NCBI GenBank assembly: GCA_028023455.1
Contig: JAQFVV010000002.1
Location: 9,858,001 to 9,922,000 of the forward strand
Direction: 5' to 3'
Length of the DNA: 64,000 nt
DNA from: Epiperipatus broadwayi
Lineage: Eukaryota; Animalia; Onychophora
Positions 11,330-24,400 of this stretch are shown one piece after another. The notes beneath the pieces were generated by a model that searched no databases, was not told the DNA's origin, and was given only the letters and a program-made list of their open reading frames with translations. The translations under genes and the position numbers were made by a program. Position 1 is the first letter of the stretch, and each line of letters begins with the position of its first letter.

Positions 11330-13490
11330 ACACAATGATTACCATCACTGTAGTGTTGCAAATCCATGTTTACACACACAGCTTCCACAAGTGTATCTTA
11401 ACTGAACAACTTTGCACCATTTGCTCTAATTGATTAATTATCAGAATTTCTTTGCATCTAACTGTTTGATTAATTCAGATCCTGCTTACATTATTTAATA
11501 TTTTCTTATCTTTAGATGCATCTGTCATAAGCTAAATTTTCTACTTTCAATTATTATTAATTCTAGTTAGATTTTATAAGAATTCAATTAACTAATCTCT
11601 TGAGATTTTAAAGAATCTAATTGAAGTTGTTTTATCTGGTTCATAATTAATCTTTTTTGTAAATCCAATTTTTTTTTTTACTGATTTGATAAGTGTTTAT
11701 TTTACTTATTTTTCACTAAAATTTATATAACTATTTTCTCTAATTTTATATGTGTATGTATGTTAACATACACGCATATACATAACTATTATCAAACATG
11801 TATTGTATATTGATTCTTGTTTGAAGCCACTTATAAACAATTCCAAAGACCATTATCCAATAAAAATTGAAAAAAAGATTTGTTGAAGTACACATCCTTG
11901 TTTAACACCCATTTTTATTTCAAATTACTCAGATTTTCCACCTATAGTAAAAACACTTCATTTTAGTCCATCATATAGAGGCTGTATAATATGAATAAAT
12001 TTTGATGATCAACCAATTGTCTTAAATGAATCCTATGCCTTCACCAAATGAATAGAAGCAATACATATATTACTCATTTATTCTGGACACCTTTCTTGCA
12101 TTTGCCTAGTGTTGCTTGATTCTTTAAAACATACTGAGTCCCTCCTAACCATTCATCTCTAATGGATGCAACAAGATTTCTTGAATGTATTTTTACTATA
12201 ACAGATAATATGGATATTCTATGATAAATACTGCATTCTTGTCTATTTTCTTTTTTTTAAAAAATTGGAACAATAAAAACATTTTTAAAATTGGTTGGCA
12301 CAACTTTATGAACCCAATATTTTTGAAACTAATATATCATTATTATATTTTAAAACTTTTCCAGGTATTTTATCAGGAAATGCAGCTTTTTCCTTTTTAA
12401 TATTATAAAGAGCTATTTTGACTTCATTAAGCTGAATATCTTTGTCCAAATCTAAATGAGTAAATAAAATGAATATATAATTAAAAGTCTTCAATTTTTG
12501 AATCATTATTTAAAGGGTGATCAAAATACTTCTTACATCTGTTGGAATATCATTTTCTTCATAGAAGATGATGCCATTTGCTAGATTTAATAGGATTGTG
12601 ATATCATTTCTTAGGTCCAAATGTTGCTTTCATTGCATTAAAAAAAAAAAAATCCTAGAATAACCATTATCAGCAAATTTTTATATGTTATTTGCAGTTT
12701 TAAACCACAATCATTTTAACCACTCTTGTTAGTCGTTGAATGTCTGCCTTCAAATCTTAATATTTATTATAAAGTTTTATATTTGATCTATTATTCTATT
12801 AAACCAAAAATGCCACATATTTTCTTTTAATTAAATCATTAATAATAAGATCATTGGCAGAAAACCAGCCATAATTCTTAATAGATTTACTTGTGAGCAT
12901 ATACAGTTCTTAAGAAAATTTCATGCTTCAAAAATATAACTGTCCTGAAGATCTAAATTAGCAGTTTTGGTGTTTAATAATTGTTGAAATTTAATATCTA
13001 TTGTAGATTCTTCTAAAGAATGAATATCAATTTTCTTTTGAATATGATTGGAATAATATCTGTTTTTAATGCAATCTTGGAGCGTACTAATTTATGAACT
13101 ATCCATCAATCTGCATTTAAAATTGCTCAAGTAATATGAACATATCTTATATTCTGCTCTTAACTAGTGTAATAAATGTCATTGTTTGAATATGGATGCA
13201 TCTATGTTCTTTTATAGTGATTTTTCTGCCTAAATAAAGTGTTTTTAATAATAAATGCATGTGTTGTACATAAATTCAGTAATAATACATCATTTAAATT
13301 TAGACCCCCAATATTATTATTTCCAATAACTTTTGTCCCAAATCTTCTATTTGTATCAACATATGCATTTAAGTTTTCAAGAAATTTTTTTTGATCTTTT
13401 AATAATGTCGCTACAATAATGCTATCCAATAGGGAATAAACATTTTCCTTTCTTAATTTCTTTGGATCTAAATTTGGAGCTGACATTTAT
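11330..13490 (-). pseudogene. Old decayed RTE-like LINE
   Basis: Fragments NLNAYV..RFG (APE), EVKIAL..KAAFPDKIP, GVKQGC (about 11890-11910) and a possible C-terminal YTCGSC. Many stops; boundaries approximate. Confidence 0.7.
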
Positions 13491-13899
13491 AAAATGAGCA
13501 ATAGCACTATTGTGCAAGGCAAATTTAAACACCATTAGCCTTTCATTGATACAATAAGAAATTGCAACAGTAGTAGATATTTACTTTCTATTGTAACATT
13601 CCCATTAGATCGACCCATGACATGGTACACTGCTATCTACTATACTAGCTCAACGATGAACAATAAAATATAAACAACAATACAGTATGAGATTCTATCT
13701 GGATTGAAACATACAAGGCATAAAGACAAGATAGACTTCAACGAAAGTCACAACACAGAGATTTTAACACTGAGAAGCATATAAAATATATTCCACAATG
13801 GCATTGCTATTGTAGAAATTTTTCAGCTACTATCTTATTACAATCATTAGGAAAATCCCTACAACAAGCAATGACTAACATAATATTTCATTTGAAATA

Positions 13900-16400
13900 A
13901 TTACTCAATTATTCTATAATTTAAGAAGCTATAAAATAATAATAATATTGAAACATAAACTAAATTAATTGAAATAATTAATGCTATCCTATGGATAGCT
14001 CAGGGATCATGATTATTCTTTACTAAAATATAATAATTATATTGGTAGTTAAATAATTGAATCACAAGAGGGATTTTATTGAGATCCAACCATTTAAATA
14101 ATAATCACACTTAAAATTACAAATACAAACTAAACTTCTAATATGAAAATTAATTTAACCATAATAATAATGCATTAAGACTAACAATCATAATCTACTC
14201 ACTTACTTTCAATTAAATAATTTATTGAACTTCAGAATATTTATTCTCTCACTTATACAAATAACCATCATAAAACGGATTCATCATTTTGTTATAATCA
14301 AAAGTTTTATAATACAGTTATTATCTCTTATCATCTAACTCAATTAGATACATTTATTAATCAGTATTTACCCATCCAAAATGTATTTTTCAAAAACACA
14401 AACATTATAATATATTTTATTAATAACTTATATTTTAGAATAATATAATATTTTTAAATTTATTCTATAAAATAAATTTTATCTGGACTTTAAAATAAGA
14501 ATATGTCTCTTAAGAATAATGCCAATTTCTGTTAAATGCTTTATACTTGTGATAATATTTAATTGCAATGTTCAAATATCTTCAAGAATTTTCATATTTA
14601 ATCAAATATGAATCAATGAAATATTCCTTTAATACAATTACAATTTCAAAGTAATAAACAATTAATTCATTAATTATAAATTCTTTAATATAACTCTTTA
14701 AATAAAATATGTAATGAATATATTTTATGTAACGACTTTATTTAAATTATGTGCTTTATGTATATGACTTTGTGATAGAAATGATTCTAGACCGAAATGA
14801 AGCTACTATTCCAAATTTTAAATTAAAGTACTCATTTATTTTACAATAATAACAATTAATAACAAACACTTATAAATTTTATATTACATAATTGATTAAC
14901 AAAATTACTATTTAAATAATTAAATTATTTACATTAGCAATAAATAAAAAGAACCTTTCTTTTAATTTAATCATTCACCTTATATTTATTATTTAATTCA
15001 TCAAATGCTAAGTTCATTATTATTACCATCTTGTATGCTTTTCTTAATGTTATTAATTAATTTTACCATCCATGAGTTCATCTTAAGGGGTAACTTCTTG
15101 ATCATTCTTCACATAATTACATAATATTTTTTAATTCAAAATATTTAAATCAAGTTATAATACTTTAGTATCATTCACACTTAAAATTTATATGAAAATC
15201 TGATACTACAATTTGCTAACAAAATTGTTTATGTTGTGGTAATCTTAAAATAATATAAATAATGTATTTAAATAAATAATTGAATTAAGAATTTTTTCTC
15301 ATAAAACTACCATTCAGTTTTATGCATTCTTCATCTTTCTCACATTTTCATTCTTTTTTTGATTTCATGTATCTTTTAAACAATAAATTATTCAGATTTT
15401 GATTGAATATATGAATATTTGTTTGAATATATGAATATTTGTTTTGTTTATGGTCTTACTATTTCTAATACCAATCTAACAAAACTTATAAAAAAAACTG
15501 TAAAATTCATAAAGAATCACTAGCCAACTTGCAATGCTTATTCCTATAACATATAAATCTTTACAGATAAGAAACATTTTACTAAATTATTATATCAAAA
15601 TGGAGGTCTCCTTTTTTTATGATGTTCTAATTTGGAAGGTAGTCACTTTTCCTTAATGATTCCATCTCAATACATCCTGGCTTATTCGTCAAGCTCTTAT
15701 GGAACATAACATTCATCTTTCCTTGGAAAATCCTCTCATTTCCTTATAATAACATGGGTATCACACAGATCACTATCATTAAAATATCAGTTCTTCAGGA
15801 TGTTATTTCATCCTATCCTGGAATTTCAGCTTATCTTTCTACATTATATCTTCAGCATCATCTAGGACTATGAACTACATCTTATCTAATAATATAATCC
15901 CATCTTCCTATCATAAATTCATCTATCAACATTATAGATCATGTTACAAGAGAAATAGTTTATCATGGCAATCATCAATATTATACTTTTTCTAATACAA
16001 CAATCAAGATCATAATTACTTTTCCATTTTAACATTCATTTTGTTCCATATTCTCATAAATCACATATTTTTCTAGTATATTAATATTTATTTTCATAGA
16101 ATCCCATTACTTTTGATTCATCATAATTATTTCAATACTCTCATTAAATATACTTTATTATAATAAATTACTAAATTCATGTAAAACAATTTTACCACAA
16201 TCAGGTTTTAAATCTTTATACCTACTAAAACATAAACTGAAATTATTACATTATCCACACAAATTTTTATTCTATAACCTGTAACCTCTATTAATTCTAT
16301 AAGCACACTTGTCATTCTTTAAAATTAAACTAATAATAATAGGTTAATATATCTTAATCTTAAAGATTACTTACATAGAAAATTATTTCATTTATTTCTA
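13900..16400 (-). pseudogene. Highly decayed Penelope-like element remnant
   Basis: Scattered minus-strand fragments: NIDD (about 15970), FGIVASFRSRII, EIGIILKRHI and a CNFKCDYYLNG GIY-YIG-like piece. Boundaries approximate. Confidence 0.45.
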
Positions 16401-17158
16401 ATCTTAACATATAATATATTTTATATAAAAATATCAATAAAATCAATAATAAAAAAAATATTTTTCTTTTTTTTAAAAAGAGAACTCATTCCACCTCCTA
16501 GTTCAGCATCACCATAGTAACCAAATCAAGGATTCAAAGTTCTTTGCTGTGAGTTCTTGATTTCCCATCTCCTCTTAGCTAGCAACACATGTAAATTTAA
16601 GTGAAACATTTAAAAAAACAATCATAACAATAACTTGATAAAAAAATTTCAGCTTGATGCAACTTTAGTTACTTTCTAGATCTTGACATGTTTAAAATTA
16701 AAAGCACACAAATATATTCTGAAGCAATATAATAATGAAATAGTTTAATGAATATTCAAAATAATTTCTAATATTTTTTTTTTCCATGTTAAAAACTTTA
16801 GAATATGTAAAGTCAGTTTATAAGTAAGTTTCATTCCAACTTATCATTTCATTTTATTGTTATTTAGTAATTTCATATTGTTGAAATGCACATAAATAAA
16901 TTCAGGTAACTTTATAGTACTGTAATATATCATCTTTATCATTATTAGTCATTATTAAAAGATCAAACAGATTTTCCTGTTATCTTTTATACTTTTAATA
17001 TTTTTACGATAAGATAATTTTATGTGCTAGAATAAAATATATTATAAACAAAGGCAAAACTCTCCACACAGTAGTGCCACCCTGTGCTAACCAGAGTAAT
17101 CAATAGATGCCAGAAGGCTTGTGCATAAAACCCCTATCTAGTGCCTACTCATCCAATA

Positions 17159-17200
17159 TCCCCAGATTAGTTTCTGGCTTGTAGCCATCATCAGTGAGGA
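17159..17200 (-). ncRNA. Type I hammerhead ribozyme
   Basis: UCCUCA-CUGAUGA-UGGC UACAA GCCA-GAAA-CUAAUC-UGGGGA. The stem III palindrome carries one change. Confidence 0.8.
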
Positions 17201-17555
17201 GCCTGGGATCTGAAAGCACTGCACCTAGATCTTAGGATCTAATGCAACCCTCCAGCAGCCACCTTTTAACTCTACTTTACTACAAAACTATGAGAATGAA
17301 ATTGAAAACAAAAATATTTTCAATCTAAGCTCAATAGCTTATATAGTCATATGGGTCTGAACTCAATTCAGCACCCATACATTTTGGTATTTTTGGTGCT
17401 TAAACAACCATAGCCACCACTATCCTATTAGGCAGGTTAGCACAGGGTGGCACTACTGTATGGAGATTTTTGCCTTTGTTTACAACAATTATGTGCTAGT
17501 ATGCGATGGTGATCATGTGATGTTTAGTGGTTTAACACCAATCCTGCCTAATAGG

Positions 17556-17636
17556 ATAGTGGTGGCTATGGTTGTTTAAGAGCCAAAGACACCAAAATAT
17601 ATGGGTGCTGAATTGAGTTCAGACCCATATGACTAT
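17556..17636 (+). other. tRNA-like segment within the hammerhead repeat
   Basis: 81 nt, ATAGTGG...TGACTAT ends, TGGCT/AGCCA D-arm-like hairpin, GAGTTCAGACC B-box-like motif. Resembles class II tRNA-Ser by eye only. Confidence 0.4.
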
Positions 17637-17737
17637 ATAAGCTACTGAGCTTAGATTGAGTAGTAGAGTTAAAAGGTAGCTGCTGGAGGGTTGCATTAGA
17701 TCCTAAGATCTAGGTGCAGTGCTCTCAGATCCAAGGC

Positions 17738-17779
17738 TCCTCACTGATGATGGCCACAAGCCAGAAACTAGTCTGGGGA
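17738..17779 (+). ncRNA. Type I hammerhead ribozyme (best copy)
   Basis: UCCUCA-CUGAUGA-UGGC CACAA GCCA-GAAA-CUAGUC^UGGGGA. Stem I extends via AUCCAA/UUGGAU, CUC/GAG and GUGC/GCAC (17708-17802). Predicted cut after 17773. Confidence 0.9.
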
Positions 17780-18232
17780 TATTGGATGAGTAGGCACTAG
17801 ATAGGGGTTTTATGCACAAGCCTTCTGGCATCTATTGATTACTCTGGTTAGCACAGGGTGGCACCACTGTATGGAGAGTTTTGCCTTTGTTTACAACAAT
17901 TATGTGCTAGTATGAGATGGTGATCATGTGATGTTTAGTGGTTTAATAAAATATATTCTTAATCTTTATAAGCTTTTATATAAAACAATAAATATTGATT
18001 ATTATATTTAACTGTTCTACAACTAATTAATCATTAATTATATGATAAATATTTTTCTCCTTTTAATTTTACAAAGCTAACTATATCATATATTATAACA
18101 CAGCAAATATACAATCACTTTTTTTTTTAAAATATATGTTCTACAATAACATCAGCAAATTAAAAATCCTCCTTTTTCTTTTCAAAAACTTTATTTTCTT
18201 ATATCACTACTGAACATATATATAATACAAAA

Positions 18233-18281
18233 CTCCAACGTTTCAACTGTTTTTATCTTCATACAGTCATTGTCAAGGATC
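18233..18281 (-). ncRNA. Minimal PLE-type hammerhead with U3-A8 core
   Basis: GAUCC-UUGACAA-U-GACUG(loop)CAGUU-GAAA-CGUU^GGAG, with palindromic AACGUU in place of stem III. Confidence 0.7.
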
Positions 18282-18684
18282 TGCAACAACAATGAAATAC
18301 ATATTTATAAATAAACTTCAATTACATAAATACCTTCATCTTACATTAACATAAACAGTAACAAACATATTAAACATACATAATTATATTGTACTTACAT
18401 CTCTCTCCCACTGCTATTTTTTATTACACTTTCTTTTACATTATTTAATTATAAATCTGTTCTTAAAATCATCCAAGAAACTTTTTATACAAATTTAAAA
18501 ACCAACCCTAATTTCAAATAACCTCCCCCTTTTTAAATCTTATCTAAAACCCATCTCAAAAACTACATTCCTAAACTATAGCTTTAAATGAATATAAAAC
18601 AAATATAAACATTTTTTTTTATACAAAAAAAAAATTAACAATTTACCTAAACCTATTTAAACATTTATTTTAATTATACATTAT

Positions 18685-20265
18685 TTAAGATTCCTTATCT
18701 ACTCCATTAATTCTATTTAAAGTAGGATTATATTTTTTTATATAAAAATATTCTTTTACCATCCTTTCCCTGTAATTTTTAACCCTTTCCAACATTTTAA
18801 TATTAAAATCTTTATGACCTAAAACTTTACAATGTATGTAAATATTTGAATTTTTGTCATATAAATGTTGTCTAAGTCTAGTTTTTAATGTATTCTTTGT
18901 TGTAGCAATATATGAAACCTTTCCCCCCTCCCTCTTACAATTTAAACATTCAATTAAATAAATTCCATTCATTTTGTCAATTTCTATATTATTTGTATCA
19001 TTAATTAAATTTCCTAAATTAGATTTCTTTTTATATACAGGTTTAATAATTAACCTACTTTTTGTAATCTTTTTAATCTTCATAAAAGTATCTCTAGAAA
19101 CATTATAACTATTATATATACAATTATTTACATCTTTCCCATTGTTTCTCTTTTTTATTATTCTTTTAATTTTTTTTTTATTACATAATTTATCAATAAC
19201 TTTAACTGGATAATTATTTTTGCTACTTTCCTCTTTTCTATTACAATTTTTTTTTGTAAATAATTTTTCTTCAGAACATAAATTAATTGCTCTATTTATC
19301 CTATTATTAATGATATTAATTTTATGTTCATATTCAATATCTGAATCCCAACTACTTAACAAACCATAAAAAGTTTCTTTTTTGAATACACTTGTTTCAA
19401 TAGCAACCTTACAATTTCTAATAACTTCTTTTATTACAACATTCATATAAGTAATTACATTATTTTTCTCTTTTTCCATAGTAAAACTAATGTCATCATC
19501 AATTGAATTAACATACCTTACAAAACATTCAGATTTTCTATAATTGTCATTGAATACTAAAAAATAATCAACAACATACCTAACCCAAAAAACAGGTTTA
19601 TATTTCATAATACAAAAATATTTATCTTCATAATCATCCATAAAAATAACGGCTAACAATCCACTCATACTATTCCCCATACTCAATCCTTTACATTGTT
19701 TATAATATACCTCATTATATTTAAATACCACATTTTTACAACATATATTTAACATATCATACAATTGATTACATTCCATTTTTGTACTCTTATTATTATC
19801 TTTAATATACCTATTCAATATTATATCAAATGCTTTATGTGGTACAATGTTCGTGTACATACTACATATATCAAGTTTAACAAAAAACACATTTTTATAT
19901 TTATTTCCCTCTAAAAAAACATTTAAAGTCTTTACAAAATCATATGAATTACTTACATTATTTTCTTTTTTTATTTCCCCATACTTTTTAAAATTTTTAT
20001 TATATAACCATTTAGACAAATTTTCATAATACGTATCCACATTACTAATAATAGGTCTTAATGGTAGTCCTAATTTATGTATCTTAGGTATCCCATATAT
20101 ACTTGCATCTTTAAAATCCATTCTTTTTAACTTAAATACATCCACTTTATTAATATAGTTTTTACTATACATATCAGTTATAAACCTATTAATCATTTTA
20201 TTTTTTTCTATACCCTCATTTTTTCTAATTCTTTCAAAACAATCTTCATCCAATATTTTTTTCAT
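18685..20265 (-). CDS. PLE RT-GIY-YIG protein, truncated and probably inactive
   Basis: YGIPKIHK..PLRPIIS, KLDICSMYTNI, GLSMGNSMS, catalytic YVDD changed to YVVD, GIYLIEC..C...YIA..TLKTRLRQH. Confidence 0.88.
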   Translation of the reverse strand: MKKILDEDCFERIRKNEGIEKNKMINRFITDMYSKNYINKVDVFKLKRMDFKDASIYGIPKIHKLGLPLRPIISNVDTYYENLSKWLYNKNFKKYGEIKKENNVSNSYDFVKTLNVFLEGNKYKNVFFVKLDICSMYTNIVPHKAFDIILNRYIKDNNKSTKMECNQLYDMLNICCKNVVFKYNEVYYKQCKGLSMGNSMSGLLAVIFMDDYEDKYFCIMKYKPVFWVRYVVDYFLVFNDNYRKSECFVRYVNSIDDDISFTMEKEKNNVITYMNVVIKEVIRNCKVAIETSVFKKETFYGLLSSWDSDIEYEHKINIINNRINRAINLCSEEKLFTKKNCNRKEESSKNNYPVKVIDKLCNKKKIKRIIKKRNNGKDVNNCIYNSYNVSRDTFMKIKKITKSRLIIKPVYKKKSNLGNLINDTNNIEIDKMNGIYLIECLNCKREGGKVSYIATTKNTLKTRLRQHLYDKNSNIYIHCKVLGHKDFNIKMLERVKNYRERMVKEYFYIKKYNPTLNRINGVDKES

Positions 20266-20541
20266 TATATTCTTCCTTCATCAGATATTGAATATGAACA
20301 TAAAATTAATATTATTAATAATAGGATAAACAGAGCAATTAATTTATGTTCTGAAGAAAAATTATTTACAAAAGAAATTTGTAATATAAATGAGGAAGGT
20401 ATCAAAAATAATTATCCAGTTAAAGTTATTGATAAATTATGTAATAAAAAAAGTATTAAAAGAATAATAAAAAAGAGAAACAATGGGAAAGATGTAAATA
20501 ATTGTATATATAATAGTTATAATGTTTCTAGAGATACTTTT

Positions 20542-20967
20542 ATGAAGATTAAAAAGATTATAAAAAGTATAAATAATAAATACAAGGGGGAAAGTAGGTT
20601 AATTATTAAACCTGCATATAAAAAGAAATCTAATTTAGGAAATTTAATTAATGATACAAATAATATAGAAATTGACAAAATGAATGGAATTTATTTAATT
20701 GAATGTTTAAATTGTAAGAGGGAGGGGGGAAAGGTTTCATATATTGCTACAACAAAGAATACATTAAAAACTAGACTTAGACAACATTTATATGACAAAA
20801 ATTCAAATATTTACATACATTGTAAAATTTTAGGTCATAAAGATTTTAATATTAAAATGTTGGAAAGGGTTAAAAATTACAGGGAAAGGATGGTAAAAGA
20901 ATATTTTTATATAAAAAAATATAATCCTACTTTAAATAGAATTAATGGGGTAGATAAGGAATCTTAA
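20542..20967 (+). pseudogene. Inverted duplicate of the PLE GIY-YIG C-terminus
   Basis: Translation is near-identical to the end of 18685-20265. Confidence 0.9.
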
Positions 20968-21367
20968 ATAATGTATAATTAAAATAAATGTTTAAATAGG
21001 TTTAGGTAAATTGTTAATTTTTTTTTTGTATAAAAAAAAGTTTATATTTGTTTTATATTCATTTAAAGCTATAGTTTAGGAATGTAGTTTTTGAGATGGG
21101 TTTTAGATAAGATTTAAAAAGGGAGAGGTTATTTGAAATTAGGGTTGGTTTTTAAATTTGTATAAAAAGTTTCTTGGATGATTTTAAGAACAGATTTATA
21201 ATTAAATAATGTAAAAGAAAGTGTAATAAAAAATAGCAGTGGGAGAGAGATGTAAGTACAATATAATTATGTATGTTTAATATGTTTGTTACTGTTTATG
21301 TTAATGTAAGATTAAGTTATTTGTGTAATTGAAGTTTATTTATAAATATGTATTTCATTGTTGTTGC

Positions 21368-21417
21368 AGATCCTTGACAATGACTGTATGAAGATAAAAA
21401 CAGTTGAAATGTTTGAG
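21368..21417 (+). ncRNA. Decayed copy of the PLE minimal hammerhead
   Basis: GATCCTTGACAATGACTG...CAGTTGAAATGTTTGAG, with the palindrome and stem I mutated. Confidence 0.55.
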
Positions 21418-24400
21418 TTTTGTATTATATATATATATATATTCAGTAGTGATATAAGAAAATAAAGTTTTTGAAAAGAAAAAGGAGAAGAATTTTTAAT
21501 TTGCTGATGTTAAAGCTAACTATAATATAACAATTATTTAATTCAAAAGAGAATTAGTTTCAAATAGACTTACAATTTTCCATGAAATAATTATTTTAGA
21601 ATTTGATAAACTAATTTTATAAGTCTATAAAATTCATGTCTTTATATTTTATAATTGTTTCTCTGATTTAATACATTATTAATGACACAAATTAACCTGG
21701 TAGAGATTTAAAAATGTTCTCTTACATTACAACTATTTTCTTTTATTCCTTTTTCATGGTTTTTCCAAATGATAATACCTTTAACTTTTTTTTAAAATTC
21801 CTTTAGTTATTTCAATTATGATTTGATATTCAAGACTAATTAAGTCATGGCAAAGAATTTAAACTCACTCCATTACTTTAAATATCACTTAAAATATGTT
21901 ATATCTTTATTCAGCTTGTTAGTTATTACTTTTACTGGTTTAAAAAATAAAATATAGTAAAAATTTTATAATTTTTACAAACTTAAGTGAAACAATTGTT
22001 CACTTTATTTTTAATGAATTACGCTCAGTTTGTCTACTACTTTTTCTTATATACTGTAGATAGAGTGATATCAGAAAAACTAATTAATTAAATTTTATTG
22101 GTCAATATCTAAATTCAACTAGCAAATTTTTAAATAATTATTTTTCTGTCTACATTATAAAATAATTAAAATTGATAAATATTTTAAAAACTAAATTAAC
22201 TTGACTAACTTTTAAAAATAAAATTTAAAATATAATTATGGTTTTAATAGCTTATACTATTAATTGATTTTAAATAAGAAGTTTAATAACAATATTTATA
22301 TTTAAAATATATTATAATTTTAAAATAAATTATAATAAATAAATTTTATTTACTAGAATTCTGTACAGAGTTATACATTCACCTTTTAAAGGATCATTGT
22401 CATTTAAATAAACTAAGATTAAATTTATTACTATTGCTACTTTTACAAAATCTAATAAATTGATATAGGAAATATATTTGTATTGATTAAAACTATTACA
22501 ATGGAATTATGTGACTGTTTATAAGATAAATATTTATAAATAAAAGATATGTATCAATATCTCCACAGAATTCCATTTTTAAAATTTATACATTAAACTA
22601 TTTGTGCATGTTATATATCAAAATCTATAATATTTTGATTGTGTATTCTTTAAATTTAAAATTTTGGCTATATTATATATTTTATATCCTACTTATAAAA
22701 TGGATAACCAATCAAATGGTTACAATATAAAATCTAACATCATGCATTCTCATTTCACTGATTGTCCTGCCTTTCCCCCCAAAAGATATCCATTTAGCAA
22801 TTTCTTTCCTTTGGGAAAAGAGATTTATTATAAGCAATTATGGGTTGCATCAAGTAAAGTTTGCATATTACATACACCTATATTTATAAAATAAAAAAAG
22901 CTTTATAATACTTACTTTTAGTATTACCACTGACGTTTGCGTTAGAATTATTACTAATATTACTATTCTTATTATTCATACTGCTGAAATAAGTAATCTC
23001 CTCTTTTAGGCTAATTTTTTTTAAAATTACACTTCTGTGGTGGGCAGAGGGATCCCTAAATAGGGCTATCTAAACACATAATTTTGCCAGTCAAGTCTCC
23101 TGTCTTACTTAAACCTAGTTCCAAATCAATTCATTAGAGTTTGTACTGGTTCAAGCAAAGATCACAATTAAGCCTTATCAGAATACTAAGCCGGTTTATT
23201 CCCATCTTTGTTTTTTTAATTTTCAAGTGTTTCATTTAAAAAATACAAAGGAAATTGGAATCAGAATTGCTGTGTACAAAAACACAATCCCATTATCACA
23301 TTTAGTTTAAAGAAATGTCTGATCGAGTGAGAGTGTCATTGAATGAGAGTCTCATAATGACTGAGTTCTACAATAATTTGATTGAAGCTTGAAAAGTAGA
23401 AGACAGAATAGTATCATTTTATCAGTAGTAGTGATTAGCCTTTGATGAACCAAAATTCTTTCTTAAAAGATAGAAGGTCTTTTGATCAGGCATTTTATTT
23501 ATTATTCTCAATTGGTTTTTATATCTAAAGGCTATTCCCCTATCTGCAATCTGTAGAGCTCATTGGAAATCTAAACCCAGCACCTAATAAAATATAAATC
23601 ACATGGATATGAATAGCTTTTTATTTTCTTTTTTCTTCATAATTCAGTTTATAGCTAAAAATGTATTTAACTTAATCTAAATGCATACATTGTATACACT
23701 TCACCATTTGTTCAGAACTTGGATTTGTTTGTTACTTGCACTTTATAATCTCGAAGTTGTTTGGGTGATTTACTTTCTATCTGATTGAATCATCCTGATT
23801 TTGCAAGAACTGTTCTTTAGGTCATAGATAATATCTTCATCTCCTGAAGTGTCTGAATCAGGCTCTATTGTTAATGACTTCTCATATCTTCAGTATTTCC
23901 ATTGTTTTTTTTTTTTACTGGACTCTTCTTCTGCATGATATCTACAATACAGTCACATTAATTTTATATTTTTCCATGATACCAGTATTAGTGCATTTCC
24001 TCAGATGAGGTTTAACTTTAGACATCTGCTTGGATAGAATCTTGATAATGCTACATTTTATCCATTTTCTGAATAAACTATTTAAAATCCAAACTTTATA
24101 ATCTATTGCATAAGGATTAATTTCCGAATTTCTTTAATCACTAATTTCATCAGGAAATTAAAGCAATAGCTTTATCCTTAACTTTCTACTCATCAATAAC
24201 TCAGCTAATCATTTTCATGTTTTTAGAAGATGGTTTTACATGTTGATGTAGAATGGCAGTATATAGTGGTTTCATGTGTGTGGCAACATGCTTTTTCAAT
24301 GAAACCATTATATTCTGGGTGTTGTAAAGATATGTTTTTATATTTAATACCTTTTTCTTTTACGAGCTCTTTTTAAAATGTATATTTCTGGATACAAAAC

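Larger units (their letters stand above)
17044..17944. mobile_element. Hammerhead repeat (retrozyme-like) insertion, two inverted arms
   Basis: 13-bp TSD AATAAAATATATT (17031-17043 and 17945-17957), inversion junction near 17436, same family as the 46-kb array. Confidence 0.88.
18086..21511 (-). mobile_element. Penelope-like element, 5'-truncated with inverted pseudo-LTR
   Basis: RT plus GIY-YIG ORF, inverted arms 18147-~19360 and 20281-21512, 13-bp TSD AAAGCTAACTATA (18073-18085 and 21512-21524). Confidence 0.92.

Noticed and set aside
15825-15860. CUGAAGA-UAU/GUA-GAAA hammerhead-like string
   Set aside because: Stem I does not pair; likely chance in AT-rich DNA.
20270-20290. CUGAUGA on the minus strand at the PLE inversion junction
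   Set aside because: Created by the junction; no stem II or GAAA follows.
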